From Candidatus Epulonipiscium sp. (lineage in GTDB: Bacteria; Bacillota; Clostridia; Lachnospirales; JAAYNZ01): 55,120 bases of DNA. The stretch is from contig JAAYSE010000081.1 in assembly GCA_012524135.1 (NCBI GenBank), positions 1-55,120 on the forward strand, given 5' to 3'. Position 1 is the stretch's first letter, and each line of letters begins with the position of its first letter. The translations under genes were made by a program, and so were the position numbers. Below are positions 50,046 to 55,120 of this stretch, in pieces. The notes under the pieces are model-generated. The model did not search any database and was not told the DNA's origin. It saw nothing but the letters and a program-made list of their open reading frames with translations.

Positions 50046-51308
50046 ATGAACGAAAAACAGCTTCATACTCCAGAAGGTGTACGAGATATATTATTTATGG
50101 AATGTCATCAGAAAAATAGTATAGAACAAAAAATTCAAGCTATTTTTCATCATCACGGATTTTGGCAGATAGAAACACCAACTTTTGAATATTTTGAAGT
50201 ATTTTCAAATGGAAAAAATAATATGGATTCAAAACAAGTATATAAATTTTTTAATCGAGAAGGTAATATTCTTGCTCTACGTCCAGATATGACTCCTCCT
50301 ATTGCTAGAATTAGTACAACAAGTTATAAAGAAACAATAAAACCGTTACGTCTTTGTTATTTAGGAAATGTTTTTCGCTATAATGAAACTTATCAAGGTA
50401 AAATGCATGAATTTACTCAAGCTGGCGTTGAAATTATTGGAATTGACTCTATGGAAGTAGATGCAGAAGTATTAGCCCTAAGTGTTCAAAGTTTAATAGC
50501 TTCTGGACTCAATGAATTTCAAATTAATATAGGTAATGTAGATTTTTTCAAAGGAATAGTATTGGAAGCAGGTTTTGATGAAAAAACAGGTAAAAAAATT
50601 CGTAAATTTATTGATACAAAAGATTATATAGGAATAGAGGAAATTATTACTAGACATCCCTTATCACCTACTCTAAAGCAATTATTTTTAGAACTTCCTC
50701 AATTATTTGGAAATATTGATATATTAACTAAAGCGAAAACTATGATACAACATCCTAAAGCAATCCAGGCTTTAGAAAAACTACAAAATCTATATCATAT
50801 TTTATGTGATTATGAAATAGAGGATTATATTTCATTTGATCTAGGTATGGTAAGTGGGCTTGAATATTATACAGATATTTTCTTTCGTGGCTATACATCT
50901 GGAAGTGGATCACCTATTTTATATGGTGGGCGTTATGATGGATTATTAGAAAAATACGGGTCTTCACAACCAGCCGTAGGATTTGCCTTGATAACCAATC
51001 AATTGTTACATGTATTAAAACAAAAACAAATTAAGATTCCGATCAAAACAGCAGATACTTTATTAGTTTATTCAGAAATAGGACGTAAAAAAGCAATAAA
51101 GATAGGTAATGTTTTGCGTAATCAAGGTTTATTTGTAGAAAATAGCTTACTAGGAGATAATATTGAAAAAAATATACAGTATGCGAAATGCAAAAGTATT
51201 AATGGAATTATATATTTTAAAGATGAAAATGATATACAACTAATGAATCTAAAAACAGGACATATTTCTTACACTACTATATCAGATCTAATACATAATA
51301 TAGGATAG
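50046..51308 (+). CDS. hisZ: ATP phosphoribosyltransferase regulatory subunit
   Basis: HisRS-like (TPEGVRD, LRPDMTPPIAR, EFTQAGVE, GGRYD); precedes short hisG. Confidence 0.95.
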   Translation: MNEKQLHTPEGVRDILFMECHQKNSIEQKIQAIFHHHGFWQIETPTFEYFEVFSNGKNNMDSKQVYKFFNREGNILALRPDMTPPIARISTTSYKETIKPLRLCYLGNVFRYNETYQGKMHEFTQAGVEIIGIDSMEVDAEVLALSVQSLIASGLNEFQINIGNVDFFKGIVLEAGFDEKTGKKIRKFIDTKDYIGIEEIITRHPLSPTLKQLFLELPQLFGNIDILTKAKTMIQHPKAIQALEKLQNLYHILCDYEIEDYISFDLGMVSGLEYYTDIFFRGYTSGSGSPILYGGRYDGLLEKYGSSQPAVGFALITNQLLHVLKQKQIKIPIKTADTLLVYSEIGRKKAIKIGNVLRNQGLFVENSLLGDNIEKNIQYAKCKSINGIIYFKDENDIQLMNLKTGHISYTTISDLIHNIG

Positions 51309-51326
51309 AAAGGATGATTAAACTGT

Positions 51327-51959
51327 ATGGAATATTTAACCTTTGCTTTAACAAAAGGACGTTTAGTAGAACCAACGATGCAATTATTAGAAAATGCAGG
51401 ATTTACATGTAGTGAAATGAAGATAAAATCCAGAAAGTTGATTTTTATTAATGAAAAACAAAAATTAAAATTTTTTCTTGCTAAAGCTAGTGATGTCCCT
51501 ACATATGTAGAATATGGCGTTGCAGATATAGGAGTAGTAGGGAAAGATATTTTATTGGAAAAGAAGCGTAATCTTTACGAACTTCTAAATTTAAAATTAG
51601 GCATCTGTAAAATGGCTATAGCTGGACCTATTTCTATGAAAGAAAAACTAAATCAAGGTTTTCCTTTAAGAGTAGCTACAAAATATCCTAATATTGCTAC
51701 AGATTACTTTTATCATAAAAGGAAACAAAATGTTGAAATCATCAAACTAAATGGTTCTGTAGAACTAGCTCCTATTGTTGGGTTATCTGATGTAATTGTA
51801 GATATTGTAGAAACTGGAAAAACATTAGAAGAAAATGGTTTGGTTGTTTTAGATGAAATTATACCTATTTCTGCACGAATGGTTATTAACCGTGTAAGTA
51901 TGAAAATGGAACATGAACGTATCCAAGACCTTATAGATAAAGTTCGTCAACAATTATAA
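51327..51959 (+). CDS. hisG: ATP phosphoribosyltransferase (short form)
   Basis: [36 protein letters not shown]. Confidence 0.97.
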   Translation: MEYLTFALTKGRLVEPTMQLLENAGFTCSEMKIKSRKLIFINEKQKLKFFLAKASDVPTYVEYGVADIGVVGKDILLEKKRNLYELLNLKLGICKMAIAGPISMKEKLNQGFPLRVATKYPNIATDYFYHKRKQNVEIIKLNGSVELAPIVGLSDVIVDIVETGKTLEENGLVVLDEIIPISARMVINRVSMKMEHERIQDLIDKVRQQL

Positions 51960-51971
51960 GGAGGTTATAAA

Positions 51972-53270
51972 ATGATACCAATTATAAAATATAATGATAT
52001 GACTGCAAATGAAATTTTACAAAAATTTTTGGCTCGTTCTCAATTAGATTTGCAAAAAGAACAAGATCTCGTATTTAAAATTATACAAGATATTCAAACA
52101 AAAAAAGATCAAGCATTGTTTGAGTATACTAAACAATTTGATGGCGTTTCTTTAAATTCATCTACAGTTAGAGTAACAGAAAAAGAAATTCAAAATGCTT
52201 ACAAAAGAGTAGATCCGCAATATATTACAATTCTTCAAAAATCGATTCAAAGAATTCGAAGTTATCATCAAAAACAAAAGCAACTTAGTTGGTTTATAGA
52301 AGAAGAATATGGGGCAATGTTGGGACAAAAAATTATTCCTTTAAAAAACGTTGGTGTATATGTTCCTGGAGGAAAAGCTGCTTATCCCTCTTCTGTTTTA
52401 ATGAATGTTATTCCAGCTAAAGTAGCAGGAGTAGAAAGAATTGTTATGGTTACACCCGTTCAAGAGTTAAAAGGAATTCATCCAGCTACTATTGTAGCAG
52501 CTCATGAAGCTGGTATAAAAGAAATCTACAAAATAGGAGGAGCACAAGCTATTGCTTCCTTAGCATTTGGTACTGAAAGTATTCCTAAGGTAGATAAAAT
52601 TGTAGGTCCTGGCAATATTTTTGTTGCTCTAGCTAAACGTGCAGTTTATGGTTATGTCAATATTGATTCTATTGCAGGTCCTAGTGAAATTCTTATTATA
52701 GCAGATCAATATGCTAACTCTAAATATATTGCGGCAGATTTGTTATCTCAAGCAGAACATGATGAACTAGCATGTGCTATTTTAATAACAGATAATTTAG
52801 AATTAGCTCAAAAAGTACAAATAGAAGTATCAAAACAAACACAATATTTATCTAGACAAAAAATTATAAAAAAATCTCTTCAAAATTTTGGCGGAATTAT
52901 TATTGTAGAAAATCTTCAAGAGGCAGTTACTTTAAGTAATCAATTAGCTCCCGAACATTTAGAAATTTGTACTCAATCGCCTTTTGAACTTTTACCTTTT
53001 ATTAAAAATGCGGGGGCTATCTTTTTAGGAGAATATTCCCCTGAGCCATTAGGAGATTATATGGCAGGTCCTAATCATGTTCTTCCTACTAATGGTACAG
53101 CAAAGTTTTTTTCTCCTCTTTCCATAGATGATTTTACAAAAAAATCTAGTATTATTTCATTTAATAAAAAATCATTACAACAATTACATGAAGATATTGA
53201 ATACTTTGCTCGAGCAGAAGGGTTAACAGCTCATGAAAATGCAGTGAAAGTGAGGTTTCAAAATGATTAA
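51972..53270 (+). CDS. hisD: Histidinol dehydrogenase
   Basis: YVPGGKAAYPSS, GGAQAI, GPGN, AGPSE, SQAEH, APEHL. Confidence 0.98.
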   Translation: MIPIIKYNDMTANEILQKFLARSQLDLQKEQDLVFKIIQDIQTKKDQALFEYTKQFDGVSLNSSTVRVTEKEIQNAYKRVDPQYITILQKSIQRIRSYHQKQKQLSWFIEEEYGAMLGQKIIPLKNVGVYVPGGKAAYPSSVLMNVIPAKVAGVERIVMVTPVQELKGIHPATIVAAHEAGIKEIYKIGGAQAIASLAFGTESIPKVDKIVGPGNIFVALAKRAVYGYVNIDSIAGPSEILIIADQYANSKYIAADLLSQAEHDELACAILITDNLELAQKVQIEVSKQTQYLSRQKIIKKSLQNFGGIIIVENLQEAVTLSNQLAPEHLEICTQSPFELLPFIKNAGAIFLGEYSPEPLGDYMAGPNHVLPTNGTAKFFSPLSIDDFTKKSSIISFNKKSLQQLHEDIEYFARAEGLTAHENAVKVRFQND

Positions 53271-54360
53271 TAAATATATTCGAAAAGATCTTAAAGATTT
53301 TCAACCATATTATTCACCAACTGACCATTATAAAGTAAAACTAGATGCAAATGAAAACCCTTTTCCTTTACCTCAAAATCTTAAGCAAGAATTTATTAAA
53401 TGGTTTCAAAGCGAAAATAACCTAAATCGTTATCCTGATACAAATAGTACAGAATTAAGAAAAGAGTTAGGTAAACATTGGAATATTAATAAAGACAATG
53501 TAATTTGTGGAGTAGGTTCTGATCAACTTATTGATTGTATGATGAAAGCTTTTTTAGAACCAAAGGATAAAGTACTCATTCCGAATCCTTCTTTTTCTAT
53601 GTACACTTTAACAACTCAAATGAATCATGGAATTCCTGTGACAGTATCTTTAAAAAATAATTATGATTATGAAGTAGATGATATATTAACAGCATATTAC
53701 AAATATAAACCTAAAATTATTATTTTATGTACTCCTAATAACCCTACTGGTAATGAACTTTCCATACAAAATATTGAACAAATTATTTCTCAAGTTTCTT
53801 GTCCTGTATTAGTAGATGAAGCTTATGGAGAATTTACAAATATAAGTATGATCCCATTTATTAAAAAATATTCGCATTTATTTATAATACGTACTTTTTC
53901 AAAAGCTTTTGGATTGGCTGGTATAAGACTTGGTTATGGTGTTGGTTCACAAGAAATCATAAATGCCATTTCTATTACAAAACCTCCTTTTAATATTAAT
54001 ATATTATCAGAAAAAATGGCTTTATTTGCATTAAAACAAATACCAACTTATGATAAACAAATTAGAATTTTACAAAATGAAAAAAAATGGCTTGAAGAAC
54101 AATTAAAACTCATTGGATGCACCGTATATCCATCAAAAGCTAATTTTTTATTGGTACAAATAAAACATAAAGATCTTTATAAAAATCTTAAGGAAAGGAA
54201 TATACTTGTTAGAAATTTTTCTACACATCCTCATTTATCCTATTGCATTCGTATTACAGTAGGCACGAGAGAAGAAAATACATTTCTAATAAAGGCTATA
54301 AAAGATATTATAAATTCAAAGAAAGGAAATCTTTATGAACAAGAGAAAAGCAAAGATTGA
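53263..54360 (+). CDS. hisC: Histidinol-phosphate aminotransferase
   Basis: LDANENP, NRYPD, PNNPTG, DEAY, RTFSKAFGLAGIR. Confidence 0.96.
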   Translation: MINKYIRKDLKDFQPYYSPTDHYKVKLDANENPFPLPQNLKQEFIKWFQSENNLNRYPDTNSTELRKELGKHWNINKDNVICGVGSDQLIDCMMKAFLEPKDKVLIPNPSFSMYTLTTQMNHGIPVTVSLKNNYDYEVDDILTAYYKYKPKIIILCTPNNPTGNELSIQNIEQIISQVSCPVLVDEAYGEFTNISMIPFIKKYSHLFIIRTFSKAFGLAGIRLGYGVGSQEIINAISITKPPFNINILSEKMALFALKQIPTYDKQIRILQNEKKWLEEQLKLIGCTVYPSKANFLLVQIKHKDLYKNLKERNILVRNFSTHPHLSYCIRITVGTREENTFLIKAIKDIINSKKGNLYEQEKSKD

Positions 54361-54931
54361 ACGTAAAACAAAAGAAACAGATATTCAGTTAGAAATAATG
54401 ATTGATGGAACAGGAAATAGTTGTATTCAAACAGGGATTGGTTTTTTTGATCATATGTTAAATCATTTGAGTAAACATGGTTTTATGGACATCTACCTGA
54501 ATGCTCAAGGAGATCTAGAAGTAGATTCGCATCATACAATAGAAGATATAGGTATTGTTTTTGGACAAGCTCTTTCTAAAGCTTTAGGCAATAAGATCGG
54601 AATTAAACGATATGGTTCTTGTATTCTTCCTATGGAAGATGCATTAGTTTTATGTTCTATAGATATATCAGGTAGACCTTACTGTGCCATTGATGCTGTT
54701 TTTACTGTTCCTATGATTGGAACTATGCAAACAGAAATGATTGAAGAATTTTTCAGAGCTGTTTCTTTTTATGGTGGTATTAATCTTCATATTAAAGTAT
54801 TAGCTGGTAAAAATAATCACCATATTGCTGAAGCTATGTTTAAAGCATTTGCTAAAGCATTAGATGAAGCTGCCCAAATAGATACTAGAATCAAGGGTGT
54901 ATTATCTACTAAAGGAATATTAGAAACATAA
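54335..54931 (+). CDS. hisB: Imidazoleglycerol-phosphate dehydratase
   Basis: [30 protein letters not shown]. Confidence 0.97.
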   Translation: MNKRKAKIERKTKETDIQLEIMIDGTGNSCIQTGIGFFDHMLNHLSKHGFMDIYLNAQGDLEVDSHHTIEDIGIVFGQALSKALGNKIGIKRYGSCILPMEDALVLCSIDISGRPYCAIDAVFTVPMIGTMQTEMIEEFFRAVSFYGGINLHIKVLAGKNNHHIAEAMFKAFAKALDEAAQIDTRIKGVLSTKGILET

Positions 54932-54950
54932 TAAAAAGGAGAATCGTGAT

Positions 54951-55120
54951 ATGCAAATTTATCCTGCAATTGATATAAAAGATGGTAAATGTGTGCGATT
55001 AAAACAAGGTCAATTTGATCAAGTTACGATTTATGATGAAGACCCTTTAAAAGTTGCTATACAATGGGTCAAAGCAGGAGCTTCTTATTTACATCTTGTA
55101 GATTTAGATGGTGCACTAAC
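54951..55120 (+). CDS. hisA: ProFAR isomerase HisA, 5' part
   Basis: [20 protein letters not shown]...[10 protein letters not shown]; runs off the end of the window. Confidence 0.95.
   Translation, partial: MQIYPAIDIKDGKCVRLKQGQFDQVTIYDEDPLKVAIQWVKAGASYLHLVDLDGAL

Noticed and set aside
1-55120. CRISPR arrays, tRNA/rRNA genes, IS elements, prophage or defence systems
   Set aside because: I saw no regularly spaced repeats, cloverleafs, transposases, integrases or compositional islands. The intergenic gaps are short and largely accounted for.

Overview
AT-rich chromosomal window from an endospore-forming Clostridia-type Firmicute. It is mostly conserved core genome: fakA-recG, SASP, rsmD-coaD, ylbJ/tmcAL, pta-ackA, yceD-rpmF-plsX-acpP-rnc-smc-ftsY, ylxM-ffh-rpsP-khpA-rimM-trmD-rplS, lepB-rbgA-rnhB-(FliK-like)-(FlhB-like)-yraN-pgeF, der-plsY-gpsA-spoIVA, the ylm/sepF/divIVA cluster, aroB-yteA-lspA-rluD, pyrR-uraA, a more variable block (sodC, SDR, RluA, alpha-solenoid protein, recU, GH26-like) and the his operon. 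I saw no tRNA/rRNA genes, CRISPR arrays, prophage or IS elements. The main signals outside the ORF track are: (1) a minus-strand CU-rich small RNA with a textbook sigma-F promoter upstream of rsmD (CsfG-like); (2) a mutY gene inactivated by a large internal out-of-frame deletion; (3) a sigma-F-type promoter in front of a stand-alone alpha-solenoid repeat protein; (4) a GH26-fold protein that appears to lack both catalytic glutamates; (5) a sigma-28-like promoter heading rnhB plus an orphan FliK/FlhB-like pair; (6) a possible long-range terminator/RBS switch around khpA; and (7) candidate operators for YlxM and HisR. All calls come from reading the sequence by eye; no database searches were run. 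I found no clear-cut novel multi-gene system.
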